64,000 nt of DNA from Vulcanimicrobiales bacterium (GCA_038215615.1 JBBQQR010000003.1:81350-145349); one strand, 5' to 3'; positions 1 through 9,370 are shown, counted from the stretch's first letter. Notes: generated by a model not told the origin, from the letters alone. Numbers and translations are program-made.

Positions 1-506
1 GGAACTTCTTCGGTGACGCCTTGCACGACCGCGTCGCTGCCGACATCGATCTGCGCGAGCGGAATCCCGGCGCGCTGCGGCGCGCTCAAGTCTTTGGGGG
101 GAATCGGCAAGCCATGCGGACAGACTTTGGGATCGCCCAAGATGTCGATTAAGCGCGCTTCCATTTTTTCGGTGATCGCGTGTTCGAGCATACACGCTTC
201 GGATTGCACTTCATCCCACGGCATGCCCAAAATGTTGGTGAGCAAGCACTCCGCCAGCCGGTGCCGGCGCAAGACGCGGACGGCAACTTCCAATCCCGTT
301 TGCGTAAGTTTTACGTCCCCGCGCGCGACGTATTCGAGATAGCCTTCAGACGAGAGCTTCTTGAGCATGCCCGAAACCGAAGCCGGCGCGACGCCCAATT
401 CCGACGCCAGGCCCGACGTCGTGACGCCCGGCCCCTCGCGTTCTAGCCTATAGACGGCCTCGAGATACTCCTCGGTCGATTCCGCGAAGTGGCTGTGCCC
501 CGACAT
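1..506 (-). CDS. DtxR/IdeR/MntR-family metal-dependent repressor (3' end runs off the window)
   Basis: Not in the ORF track. Manual translation from ATG at 506 gives MSGHSHFAESTEEYLEAVYRLERE...LASELGVAPASVSGMLKKL...RRHRLAE...EACMLEHAI...CPHGLPIP, the DtxR wHTH and metal-site motifs. Confidence 0.92.
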   Translation of the reverse strand, partial: MSGHSHFAESTEEYLEAVYRLEREGPGVTTSGLASELGVAPASVSGMLKKLSSEGYLEYVARGDVKLTQTGLEVAVRVLRRHRLAECLLTNILGMPWDEVQSEACMLEHAITEKMEARLIDILGDPKVCPHGLPIPPKDLSAPQRAGIPLAQIDVGSDAVVQGVTEEV

Positions 507-529
507 GAACGGACCCTTCGACGCCCGGC

Positions 530-1576
530 TTAGGCTTCCAGGCTAAAGGAGCCGACGCGCTCGCGCAGCCGCGTTTTCGTTTGCGGCGACGCGAAGGCGG
601 CTTCGATCGCATTGCGCATAAATCGGAGCGGCGCATCTTCGCCGGCAATTTCGGCCGCGTATGCAAGTTCGTCTGTCAGCGTCGCCTTAAAAATAGCGGG
701 ATCGTCCACATCGATTGTCACGATACACCCGGCGTCGTCGAGATCGACCAGCGGGTGCGGAGCTTCGCCTAGCGCTACGCCGGTCAGAAAATTCGAGGTC
801 GGACAAATTTCGAGCGGTACCTTCTTCTCAACCAATAGCCGCACGACATCGGGATCTTCAAGCGCCCGAATACCGTGACCGATCCGTTCGGCGCGAAGCA
901 CCTCGACGGCCGCGCGCACGCTGGAGGCGCCGGCGCTCTCGCCGGCATGGGCGACGCAATGCAAACCGTTGGCGCGCGCGAAATCGAAGCACGCTTCGAA
1001 TATCTCGGCCGGATAGTGGGCTTCGTCGCCGCCTAAGCCGACGCCAATCACGCCCAAGTCTTGCATGCGGACGGCGAGTCTAGCCGTTTGCATCGCGCTC
1101 TCGACGCCGAAGTTGCGCGTCAAATCGACGATGAGCGCGATTTCGATGCCGTTCGATTTTAGCGCGCCGTCGCAAGCATCGCGAATGGCGGCCATGCACG
1201 CCCGCACGTCGATGCTTTTGTGAAAGAACCGCCAGACCGACGGCGAGACGAACAGCTCGGCGTACATGACGTTCTGCGCGACTGCGTCCTGAATATATTG
1301 CGATGCGAGCAGCCGGTAATCGGCAGGTTCTGCGAGCGAGCGGCTCACGGCCGCGAAGGTCAGCAAGAAACCTTCGAAATCTTTAAAAGCGTACGGATCG
1401 GCCGGATTGGCGGGCGGCTCGTCGGCGGGGAACGGCCCGGCATCACGGGGGCGATAGGTCAGTGCAACCCCATGCTTGTTCGCAAGGTCTATGAACGTGG
1501 CCGCGCGCAGCGTGCCCTCCAGGTGACAGTGTAACTGGACCTTGGGCATGGTCCGCAGGAGTTCAGGCGTCATCAT
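530..1576 (-). CDS. add: adenosine deaminase
   Basis: PKVQLHCHLEG, HAGE, RIGHG, EICPTSN and DD motifs. Start trimmed to MMTPELL because the longer ORF runs into the tRNA. Confidence 0.9.
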   Translation of the reverse strand: MMTPELLRTMPKVQLHCHLEGTLRAATFIDLANKHGVALTYRPRDAGPFPADEPPANPADPYAFKDFEGFLLTFAAVSRSLAEPADYRLLASQYIQDAVAQNVMYAELFVSPSVWRFFHKSIDVRACMAAIRDACDGALKSNGIEIALIVDLTRNFGVESAMQTARLAVRMQDLGVIGVGLGGDEAHYPAEIFEACFDFARANGLHCVAHAGESAGASSVRAAVEVLRAERIGHGIRALEDPDVVRLLVEKKVPLEICPTSNFLTGVALGEAPHPLVDLDDAGCIVTIDVDDPAIFKATLTDELAYAAEIAGEDAPLRFMRNAIEAAFASPQTKTRLRERVGSFSLEA

Positions 1577-1596
1577 ACCGTATAAGAGTCTTCCGC

Positions 1597-1673
<77 letters not shown>

Positions 1674-1708
1674 AAAGAAGCCCCTCGTCTTCGAGGGGCT
1701 TCTATTTT
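1674..1708. terminator. bidirectional intrinsic terminator
   Basis: AAAAGAAGCCCCTCG-TCTT-CGAGGGGCTTCTATTTT between the convergent tRNA and oxidase genes. Confidence 0.85.
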
Positions 1709-1717
1709 CGTCAGCCG

Positions 1718-2800
1718 CTAACGCGTCACCCGATACCGGGCGACCATACCGCCCTGCAAATGGAAATTGACGTGGCAATGAAAAAGCCATATGCCCGGAT
1801 TGTCGGGCACCATGTCCGCAACCGCCATGCCCGCGGGCAGCACTTGGACGGCGTCGGTGCGCATGCCGTTGCTCGAGGCATCGTTTCCGTGCCAGTGAAT
1901 CACGTGAATGTCAAACGCGTCGCTGGCGTCGGCCATCAGATACCAGCGCACGTGCTGGCCTACGCGCAGCTCCGGCATCGGCATCGTGCCGTAGACAAAG
2001 CCGTTGATGCTCGGGATCTCATTGGTCGGATAATACGGGCCGAACGGATTGAATTGATCCTGCGGAGATATCTGTGAGGGGTTTTTAACGCGTTTGAAAT
2101 TTTGCGGCATATACGGACTTTGATTTTCGTCGTCGAGCGCAAACATCGCAAAGACTTCGCGATCGACATCCTTAGGCGAGCCGTCCGCGCGCGCCATGCC
2201 CTTGCGTGTAATGACCATCGGCCCGATGAGTCCGGCGCTGATGCCGGCGACTTCATCCACGTGCGCGTGATACATCCACAAGACTGAACTCTGATCCATG
2301 CGGTCGGGCCCGGCGCGTGCGGGTACTCGCCACACGTAGCGGAACGTCGCGCCCGGCGCGACTGAGTCGCCGCCCTTTTTTGCCGCGCTCACGCCATCTT
2401 GGTATGGCGCGCCTTCGGAGGCCTTATCGTAGAAGACGCCGTGCGCATGGATACTCTGCGGGAAGTGCGTGTCGTTCTTGAAGTACACGAGGATCGTATC
2501 GCCGACTTCGGCGCGAATCACCGGCCCAAGGATGCCGAAGTACGACGGCTTGGCTACCGGCTTCGTGAACGCGCGGTCGGCGTACTGAAAGTACAGCGCC
2601 TTCGTGTACGTCCAGCCGACGGGATCGTTGGGGAACGGTTTTACGGCGGGGCGGCCGGTAAGCTTATTGATGCCGCCGGGCGCGTAATTCCACTGCACTT
2701 CCTGCGCCGCAATGTAATAAGTGCGGGTCCGCGCAGCGGCGGGAGCGACCGCCAAACAAAAGACCGCGGCCGTACATACGGCCAGACCGACGTATTTCAA
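1718..2800 (-). CDS. secreted two-domain multicopper oxidase (ceruloplasmin-like cupredoxin domains)
   Basis: Signal peptide. RTYYIAAQEVQWNYAP, HAHG, WMYHAH, HVIHWHG and WLFHCHVNFHLQGGM motifs. TTG start at 2800 follows AGGAGG. Confidence 0.88.
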   Translation of the reverse strand: MKYVGLAVCTAAVFCLAVAPAAARTRTYYIAAQEVQWNYAPGGINKLTGRPAVKPFPNDPVGWTYTKALYFQYADRAFTKPVAKPSYFGILGPVIRAEVGDTILVYFKNDTHFPQSIHAHGVFYDKASEGAPYQDGVSAAKKGGDSVAPGATFRYVWRVPARAGPDRMDQSSVLWMYHAHVDEVAGISAGLIGPMVITRKGMARADGSPKDVDREVFAMFALDDENQSPYMPQNFKRVKNPSQISPQDQFNPFGPYYPTNEIPSINGFVYGTMPMPELRVGQHVRWYLMADASDAFDIHVIHWHGNDASSNGMRTDAVQVLPAGMAVADMVPDNPGIWLFHCHVNFHLQGGMVARYRVTR

Positions 2801-2905
2801 GGTTCCCTCCTGCGAAGCGAGCAACGGTTCGATAGACTTGTCCATCGAAGGCGCGCTCGCCTTGAGTACCCTTAACGGGCGAGAGGATTCTCGCTTGCGC
2901 GGCTT

Positions 2906-3871
2906 CTAGGGAAAGGGCAGAGGCGTCGACGACGGCGAGGGCAACGGTGCGCCGCCGCAGAGCGTACGCATGGATTGCTGCGCTCCCGTATCGGTGTAGC
3001 TCGACGGATGCAGATACGAGAGTACGAACGTGCCGTCCATGCCTTGCGCGGCCGCCACGGTATATGTCATGCCGAAGCCCGGCGGAACGGTGAACTGCGC
3101 CGTGGCCAGTAAACCAGGCGTTCCACAAAACTTCAGTTTTTGAACCGCCGCGCGATATTTCACTGAATGCTGCGTGCCGGACGTCGTCGTCGGCGCCATC
3201 TGCTCGGCCGACATAAGATCGGGAATTCCGCGTGCTTTCAGCATCGTCATGATCTGCAATGGCGCGTTTCCGAGCCAAATGCCGCCCAGTTCGAAGTCTA
3301 AACCCTTCTGCACGGCGTTCCACCCGGACGGCGGAGTCGCGTCGGGTAGCCCGCCGGTGGGCAATGGACACGCGGAACGCAGCGCCGATTCGATTCCGGG
3401 TTCGGGTTTGCCCGTTGTGCGCACGTAAATCGTCGCATACGTCAAACCGCGCTGCGAGAGCGTCGTCGTCTCGATGATCGCCGGCCTCTTGCCGCCAAGA
3501 TTCACCGTCGAAACGCTGGCCGTTGCCCCGCAGATCTTCGCGGGAGCTGTCGCCGTCTTGATTTTGGTCTTCGAATTCGCGAGCGCGCTTCGCAGCTGAA
3601 CCAAGAGAGCGCCGACGATGCCCGATGGAATCGGAAGCACGGCTTGCCCGAAAATTCCCCCGCTGCCCTTGCCTTTTTTCGGACCTTGCCAGAGATTTTT
3701 GATCTCCGTGAGCGTAAATCCGCGCGGCATTTGCACCCAATCGGACGGCGCGGTAAAAGGCGCCGGCGCAGAGGTGGGGGCCGGTGAGGGTGCGGGCGTG
3801 GACTGCGCAGACGACGGAAGTGCGTTGCTCAGCATCAATGCGCCGATTAAGAGTGCGTATAAGCTCCTCAT
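2906..3871 (-). CDS. secreted hypothetical protein with two similar domains
   Basis: Signal peptide, Pro/Ser linker, and internally repeated motifs (PSDW/PSGW, KICG/KFCG, LRSAC/MRTLC). Confidence 0.7.
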   Translation of the reverse strand: MRSLYALLIGALMLSNALPSSAQSTPAPSPAPTSAPAPFTAPSDWVQMPRGFTLTEIKNLWQGPKKGKGSGGIFGQAVLPIPSGIVGALLVQLRSALANSKTKIKTATAPAKICGATASVSTVNLGGKRPAIIETTTLSQRGLTYATIYVRTTGKPEPGIESALRSACPLPTGGLPDATPPSGWNAVQKGLDFELGGIWLGNAPLQIMTMLKARGIPDLMSAEQMAPTTTSGTQHSVKYRAAVQKLKFCGTPGLLATAQFTVPPGFGMTYTVAAAQGMDGTFVLSYLHPSSYTDTGAQQSMRTLCGGAPLPSPSSTPLPFP

Positions 3872-3890
3872 GCTGAAGTGGCTCCCTCTC

Positions 3891-5081
3891 TTAGATTAAG
3901 CCGACCTCATTCCCGACGCCGGCAAATGCCGCCAAGGCGCGATCCATCTCGTCCTTGGTAAGCTTGGCGCTGATTTGCACGCGAATGCGGGCCGTGCCTT
4001 CGGGCACGATGGGGAAGCCGAATCCCGTCACAAAGACGCCCCGCTTCAATAGCCGGTCGCTCATCGCGATCGCGAAGGCGGTCTCCCCGACGATGATCGG
4101 AACGATCGCGCTCTCACCTTCGAGCGGCTTGAACCCAAGCGTCATCAGGCGCTCGCGAAAATACCGCGTATTATCGCGCAGTCGATCGACCAATTCGGGA
4201 TGCGCGTCGAGATAATCGATGGCCTCAAGCGAGCTGCACGCTACGGTCGCCGGCAACGCATTTGAAAAAAGTTGCGGCCGCGACTTCTGAATCAGCATAT
4301 CGACGAGCGCCGCGCTGCCTGCAACAAATCCGCCTGCGGCCCCGCCCAACGCTTTGCCGAGCGTACCCGTGATGATGTCGACTTGGCCATCCAAACCGAA
4401 ATGCTCGATCGTGCCGCGTCCGGTCTTTCCCATGACGCCGGTGCCGTGCGAATCGTCAACCACGGTGACCGCGCCATATTTCTTTGCGAGCTCTACGATC
4501 TGCGGGAGCTTTGCGAGGCTGCCTTCCATCGAAAACACCCCGTCCGTAACAACGAGGACGGGCGCCGAGCCCTGCACGACTTTGAGTTTCTCTTCCAGAT
4601 CGCCCATGTCGCTGTGTTTGTAGCGCTCGCGCCGCGATTTGGAAGCAAGCCGGCAGCCGTCGATGATCGACGCGTGGTTCAACTCATCGGAAATGATCGC
4701 CGAGCCGGTATCGCAGATCGTCGGAAAGAGTCCGGTATTAGCGTTCCAGCATGAAACATACGTAAGCGATGCTTCCGTCCGCAGAAACTCCGCGATGCGA
4801 TCTTCGATCTGCCGGTGGATATCGAAAGTGCCGCAAATAAAACGCACCGACGCCGTGCCGGCGCCATACTTGTCTAAGCCGCGTTTGCCCGCTTCAATTA
4901 CCGCGGCTTCGTCGGATAAGCCGAGGTAGTTGTTGCTGGAAAGAACGATGACGTCGCCCGCTTCTTCCATGTGCACTTCGGGAGCCATCGGCGTGGTCAG
5001 GTGGCGCAGCGTCTTATACGTGCCGGCGGCCTTCAGTTTTTCAAGCTCACTTTGAAGACTCTGTTCGAATGCCGCGTTCAC
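3891..5081 (-). CDS. kbl: glycine C-acetyltransferase (2-amino-3-ketobutyrate CoA ligase)
   Basis: SSNNYLGL, SVRFICGT, NHASIIDG, DDSHGTG and TLGKALGG motifs; adjacent to tdh. Confidence 0.95.
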   Translation of the reverse strand: MNAAFEQSLQSELEKLKAAGTYKTLRHLTTPMAPEVHMEEAGDVIVLSSNNYLGLSDEAAVIEAGKRGLDKYGAGTASVRFICGTFDIHRQIEDRIAEFLRTEASLTYVSCWNANTGLFPTICDTGSAIISDELNHASIIDGCRLASKSRRERYKHSDMGDLEEKLKVVQGSAPVLVVTDGVFSMEGSLAKLPQIVELAKKYGAVTVVDDSHGTGVMGKTGRGTIEHFGLDGQVDIITGTLGKALGGAAGGFVAGSAALVDMLIQKSRPQLFSNALPATVACSSLEAIDYLDAHPELVDRLRDNTRYFRERLMTLGFKPLEGESAIVPIIVGETAFAIAMSDRLLKRGVFVTGFGFPIVPEGTARIRVQISAKLTKDEMDRALAAFAGVGNEVGLI

Positions 5082-6118
5082 GCGATTCCTTTCAGATCAA
5101 GGACGATCTTCGCAGCCTCGCCGCTGCGCATCAAATCAAATCCGCGTTCGAATTCTTCAAACGGCAGCACGTGCGTAATGATCGGCTTGAGATCCACCCG
5201 GCCGCTGCGCACAAGCTCCTCGGTTTGATACCACGTTTCGAACATGCGCCGCCCGTTGATGCCCAGCAGCGTCAGGCCTTTGAAAATCACGCGGTTCGCC
5301 AGGTCGATAGTAATGGGGTCCGATGGAAGACCCAGGAGCGCGACGCATCCGGCCTTCCGCACGGCTTGCAGCCCCATATCGAGGGCCTGCGCGCTGCCGG
5401 ACATCTCCAGCAGCACGTCGGCGCCGTCGCCGCGCGTGCGCGCACGAATTTTTTCTACGATCTCCGGATCCTTCGCGTCGAACGTTTCGTCCGCGCCTAA
5501 TTTCTTTGCCAGCGCGAGCTTGGCCGGATTGACGTCGACGGCAAATACCGCCGACGCGCCCGCCGCGCGCGCGACCGGAATCGCCATGAGCCCGATCGAC
5601 CCCACGCCGGTAATCAGCACCGATTTCACGCTAACGCCGGCCGCCATAACCGTATGCACGGCATTGCCGAGCGGATCGAAGACGGCGGCAAATTCGTCCG
5701 GAATTGCCGGATCGAGTTTCCAGACGTTGCTTTCGGGCATCGCGATATATTCAGCGAACGCACCGTCGCGATCGACGCCGATAATCTTCAAGTTTTCGCA
5801 GAGATGCGCTTGCCCGGTGCGGCACAAAAAACAGGTGCCGTCGGCAATGTGTCCCTCGGCCGACACGCGGTCGCCTTTTGAAACCATCCGCACCGCGCTG
5901 CCGGCATCCGCGACGCGCCCCATAAACTCGTGGCCCATCACCAGTGGCGGTTTTATCCGGCTCTGCGCCCATTTGTCCCAAGAAAAAATGTGGAAGTCGC
6001 TGCCGCAAATCCCGGCCTTCTCTACCCGGATGAGGACGTCGGAAGGCCCCAGCACGGGAACCGGAACGTCACGAATTTCAAACCCCGGCTTGGGCGCCGT
6101 CTTGCAGAGCGCGCGCAT
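5078..6118 (-). CDS. tdh: L-threonine 3-dehydrogenase
   Basis: GICGSDFH, GHEF, GINGRRMFETWY; start set at MRALCK. Confidence 0.93.
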   Translation of the reverse strand: MRALCKTAPKPGFEIRDVPVPVLGPSDVLIRVEKAGICGSDFHIFSWDKWAQSRIKPPLVMGHEFMGRVADAGSAVRMVSKGDRVSAEGHIADGTCFLCRTGQAHLCENLKIIGVDRDGAFAEYIAMPESNVWKLDPAIPDEFAAVFDPLGNAVHTVMAAGVSVKSVLITGVGSIGLMAIPVARAAGASAVFAVDVNPAKLALAKKLGADETFDAKDPEIVEKIRARTRGDGADVLLEMSGSAQALDMGLQAVRKAGCVALLGLPSDPITIDLANRVIFKGLTLLGINGRRMFETWYQTEELVRSGRVDLKPIITHVLPFEEFERGFDLMRSGEAAKIVLDLKGIA

Positions 6119-6205
6119 GAAGGCCATCCTATTCGCAAGCGCGATAGGATTACATCCCTTGCTTACCCAAGCGCCCTTCGAGCAAGCGCTGCCTGTCGCG
6201 AACCG

Positions 6206-6499
6206 ATGGACGATACAGAAAAAACCAATAAAATCGAAGCGATTTACGATTTGCGAGAAGCCGTAGAGCATAAGGTCAACGCCGAGAACGAGCTCGAGGC
6301 ACGACCTTCGGCGGAAAATCGCGACGCGTTGCTCGATGCCCAGCTCGCGGTCGAAGCGAAGACGCAAGACGCAATCGAGTCCTGCCTTGAATGCGGAACC
6401 TGTCATGCTGCTCAAGAGCCGCACCGCGGGGTCGTCGAGCGCGACGGAAACGTCCTAGGCGTAAATTTTAACGACGCGCCGCAGAAGAACGGCGACTAA
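6206..6499 (+). CDS. hypothetical helical protein with Cys/His cluster (CLECGTCH)
   Basis: MDDTEKTNKIEAIYDLREAV...; fills the gap between tdh and the anti-sigma gene; acidic helical composition. Confidence 0.65.
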   Translation: MDDTEKTNKIEAIYDLREAVEHKVNAENELEARPSAENRDALLDAQLAVEAKTQDAIESCLECGTCHAAQEPHRGVVERDGNVLGVNFNDAPQKNGD

Positions 6500-6918
6500 G
6501 CGCGTCTGCGCTCTCCACACGAGCTGCCGGCCGGCAGGCGCTTGCACAGCCGTAAGCGTGTCCCATGCTCGCTGTACTCCATTTCGTCCATGAGTTCTCG
6601 CATGATGAACGTGCCGTACCCGCGCGCGGCACTTGACATCGGCTGAACGTAATCGGATGCGTTCCACCGCGCGAAACCGGCCCCGCTGTCTTTGACCTCA
6701 ACGACCAGTTCCCGGCCATCGCACTTGCAGTAAATTTCGATCGCCGTGCCGTTCGTGTGCCCGTGTTCGGCGGAATTCGAGAGCGCTTCGCCGACAGCAT
6801 ACTCGATGTCGCCCAAATCCTCGCCCGAAAACCACCGCTGGGCAAAATCCACCACGGCGCGCCGGGCCGGCCCGACGCACTCGTACGCGCTGGGAAAATG
6901 CTTCCGGTACTCCGCCAT
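6496..6918 (-). CDS. anti-sigma factor / Ser kinase (RsbW/SpoIIAB-like HATPase)
   Basis: VGEALSNSAEHG (N box), VKDSGAGF (G1), RGYGTFIMRELMD (G2). Confidence 0.85.
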   Translation of the reverse strand: MAEYRKHFPSAYECVGPARRAVVDFAQRWFSGEDLGDIEYAVGEALSNSAEHGHTNGTAIEIYCKCDGRELVVEVKDSGAGFARWNASDYVQPMSSAARGYGTFIMRELMDEMEYSEHGTRLRLCKRLPAGSSCGERRRA

Positions 6919-6929
6919 GCCGGGTAAAG

Positions 6930-6960
6930 AATTCCCGGGGGACCCGCCCACCTAAACCTG
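6930..6960 (-). promoter_or_regulatory. putative SigB/SigF-type promoter GGTTT-N17-GGGAAT
   Basis: CAGGTTTAGGTGGGCGGGTCCCCCGGGAAT just upstream of the anti-sigma gene; a similar element lies at 26380-26410. Confidence 0.5.
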
Positions 6961-6990
6961 CGAAGCCCGGGAATCTTGGGGGATAGCGCC

Positions 6991-7800
6991 CTAGCGGTTT
7001 GTCTCTTTCACCTTCATGTGCGTGATTGGAATGTAACCGAGTTTTTCGAGCACGGCTTGGTTCGAGGCGATAAAGCGAATGAAGTTCTCGATCTCGGCCG
7101 TCGGCTTGCCTTTGGTAAAAATGTGCTCGTACGACCAGATGGGATACTTGCCGTTTACAATGGCCGCTTCGTTCGGCGCAACGCCGTTGATCTTCAGCAC
7201 CGTGATCGGGTGATTGCATGTGTAGCCCACGGCCACGTAGGAAACGGAACCCGGCGTCGCACCGACGGTCGTGACCACGGTCCCCGAACTGTCCACCGTT
7301 AAGCCCGATTCGTTGATCTTCGAGACGCCCATGATCGTCGCGTTGAAGACCGCCCGCGTCCCCGACGCATGCGGCCGGTTGATGAGCACTATCCCTTGAT
7401 TGGCGCCACCCACATCCTTCCAATTCGTGACGCGACCGGAAAAAATACCGCGTATTTGGCTGGCCGTCAGATTCGTAACGTGCGCGGACGGATTAGCGAT
7501 GACGGCGAATCCGACGACGGCGACTCTGTGATCGGTCAAGCCCGAATTCCCCGGTGCGATGACGTCGGAATCGCCAAGCGATGCGATGCCCGACTGGGCT
7601 TGCGCGATCCCCTGATAAGATCCGCCTCCTGAAACGGAGATGCGCACGTCGCCGTGCTGCTCCTGATACTGCGTCGCAGATTCCTTGACGAGCGGCAGCA
7701 GCGCGGTCGAACCGACCGCCGTGATTTGCGTTTCAGCAAACGCGCTCGCCGGAAAGGCCACGACAATCAGAGCGATCGCCGTCAGCAGCCGTTTGAACAT
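6991..7800 (-). CDS. pstS: phosphate ABC transporter substrate-binding protein
   Basis: Signal peptide; GSTAL, GGGS, SGTR and YPIWSYEH motifs; pst locus. Confidence 0.93.
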   Translation of the reverse strand: MFKRLLTAIALIVVAFPASAFAETQITAVGSTALLPLVKESATQYQEQHGDVRISVSGGGSYQGIAQAQSGIASLGDSDVIAPGNSGLTDHRVAVVGFAVIANPSAHVTNLTASQIRGIFSGRVTNWKDVGGANQGIVLINRPHASGTRAVFNATIMGVSKINESGLTVDSSGTVVTTVGATPGSVSYVAVGYTCNHPITVLKINGVAPNEAAIVNGKYPIWSYEHIFTKGKPTAEIENFIRFIASNQAVLEKLGYIPITHMKVKETNR

Positions 7801-7819
7801 GTTGCGCTTCTCCTTTCAT

Positions 7820-9349
7820 TTAGAAGTCGTATTCGAGTTGGGTGCGGTTGTATTTGAACAGCGGCGTGCCGCCGAACAATTGTGTGTTGCTCTGCGTGCG
7901 TTCCGCATAGCGGTGGCGCAGTGAGAATCCATGGTACGCGCCGATCCCGGGCTTGCGGAAAAACCACGTGCCGTCGAGATCGGTCTCTTGCGTCGGCGAG
8001 AGACCCGCGCTCGCCAATCCGTAGCTGTAAAACCCGCGGCTGGCAATAAACTTGAAACGCTTGTCGTTGGTCTGCCACGTCGCGCTGAGCTTCCAAGCCG
8101 ATCCCGGGCTGCGGCGGTCCGCCATGCCTTGGCTGATGCTCGTCGTGAAGAGCGGATCGGTGGCGTACGAATCCGTGTACGGGCTCGCCCAGCCGCCGTA
8201 GTACACCGTCGCGCTGCCGTCGGCGTTGGCGATACAGTTCGTCGTGCCGCCCGAGGGCAAGAAGTAAGGAAACGTAACGCCGGCGCCGGTCTTGATCTGG
8301 TTGTTGGAGCCGCAGCTGACACCTGCGGGAAGCGTCAGCGTATCGCTGCGCTGCGGTGCGGCGTCGTAGGAGACGGCAAGGTCGAGGTTGCGCAGGGGCG
8401 TGATGCCGGCTTGGATGCCGAAGATCCGGCTGCGAATTTTGCCGATGACGGCTCGGCCCGAATCATTTTCCGATCCGGCCTGAATCGCAACGAACGGCTT
8501 GTGCGGATTGGCCCAGGCGTATTTCGCATCGAACCACAGTGCACTGGCGATATCGGCAAAGCCGTAAAAGTGCACATTCGCGCTGAGGTTGCCGGCCGCA
8601 AAACCAAGGTGCGCATATCCGAATCCGGACGTCGCGATCGACGTGCCGCGGGGCGTAAAGATATTGGCCGCGACTCCGGGTGCATCCGCCGGATGGCTCG
8701 TGAGTAACGTCGCGTTATCGAAAGCCGAGCTGGCGCGGCCTTCGAAGCGCGGCATGAAAAGCGCCTCAGCGGTCCACCGCGCGCTGAATTTGTAAGCGCC
8801 GTACAATCCCTGAAACGCGACCGGTTTCAGCCGCGAATCCGAGGGGTTGGCCCAAGGCGTAACGATCACTTGGTTGCCCAACCGCAGCGTGGCGCGGGGA
8901 TCCTTATACTGAAGGTATGCCTCGTACAGCGTGCTCATCGCGAAACCGGGAAGCGTATCGTCGGGATTGACCGGTTCGCTGCCGTCGGCGATAAACGTAT
9001 GTCGGCCGCATGGCGTCGAGAGATGCGACGCAGCTTGTATGCAGGCTCCGGGGTTTGCGTATAAATACATGGCCGCGAACGAGAGCGGACCGTTGTTAAA
9101 ACGGTAGGCACCGCGCAAACTCACGGCCGTATTGACCGAGGCCTGATTCATCGCTTTAAACGTTTGCGCGAACCCACTGGCGTTCTGGCGCGTAAAATCA
9201 TAGGAGCGAACAAAACCGCCGAAAGTAAACGGCGGCGGTTTGGGAGAGGGTTTGATTTTCGGCGGGCTATCTGCCGATGCGCTCGCAAGGGCGGTCGCGG
9301 CCAGCGCCAAGGTCGAGCCGGCTAGAAGCATGCATCTGGAAAATCGCAT
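7820..9349 (-). CDS. outer-membrane porin (OprD-like beta-barrel)
   Basis: Signal peptide, amphipathic strands, LYEAYLQY...LRLGNQ, C-terminal YNRTQLEYDF; embedded in the pst locus. Confidence 0.75.
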   Translation of the reverse strand: MRFSRCMLLAGSTLALAATALASASADSPPKIKPSPKPPPFTFGGFVRSYDFTRQNASGFAQTFKAMNQASVNTAVSLRGAYRFNNGPLSFAAMYLYANPGACIQAASHLSTPCGRHTFIADGSEPVNPDDTLPGFAMSTLYEAYLQYKDPRATLRLGNQVIVTPWANPSDSRLKPVAFQGLYGAYKFSARWTAEALFMPRFEGRASSAFDNATLLTSHPADAPGVAANIFTPRGTSIATSGFGYAHLGFAAGNLSANVHFYGFADIASALWFDAKYAWANPHKPFVAIQAGSENDSGRAVIGKIRSRIFGIQAGITPLRNLDLAVSYDAAPQRSDTLTLPAGVSCGSNNQIKTGAGVTFPYFLPSGGTTNCIANADGSATVYYGGWASPYTDSYATDPLFTTSISQGMADRRSPGSAWKLSATWQTNDKRFKFIASRGFYSYGLASAGLSPTQETDLDGTWFFRKPGIGAYHGFSLRHRYAERTQSNTQLFGGTPLFKYNRTQLEYDF

Positions 9350-9370
9350 GTTTCCATCGTAGCGGCGCTG

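Noticed and set aside
13..446. Plus-strand ORFs at the window start
   Set aside because: Shadows of the minus-strand DtxR-family gene, which the track missed because its stop is outside the window.
6380..6410. CxxCH as a c-type cytochrome heme site
   Set aside because: No signal peptide or TM helix; an extra Cys upstream suggests Zn/Fe binding instead.
5078..6424. N-terminal extensions in the ORF track (tdh, add, gdh, phoB, aldolase, hybrid kinase, folP, mog, nusB, xseB)
   Set aside because: They overlap neighbouring genes or the tRNA; downstream starts match family N-termini.
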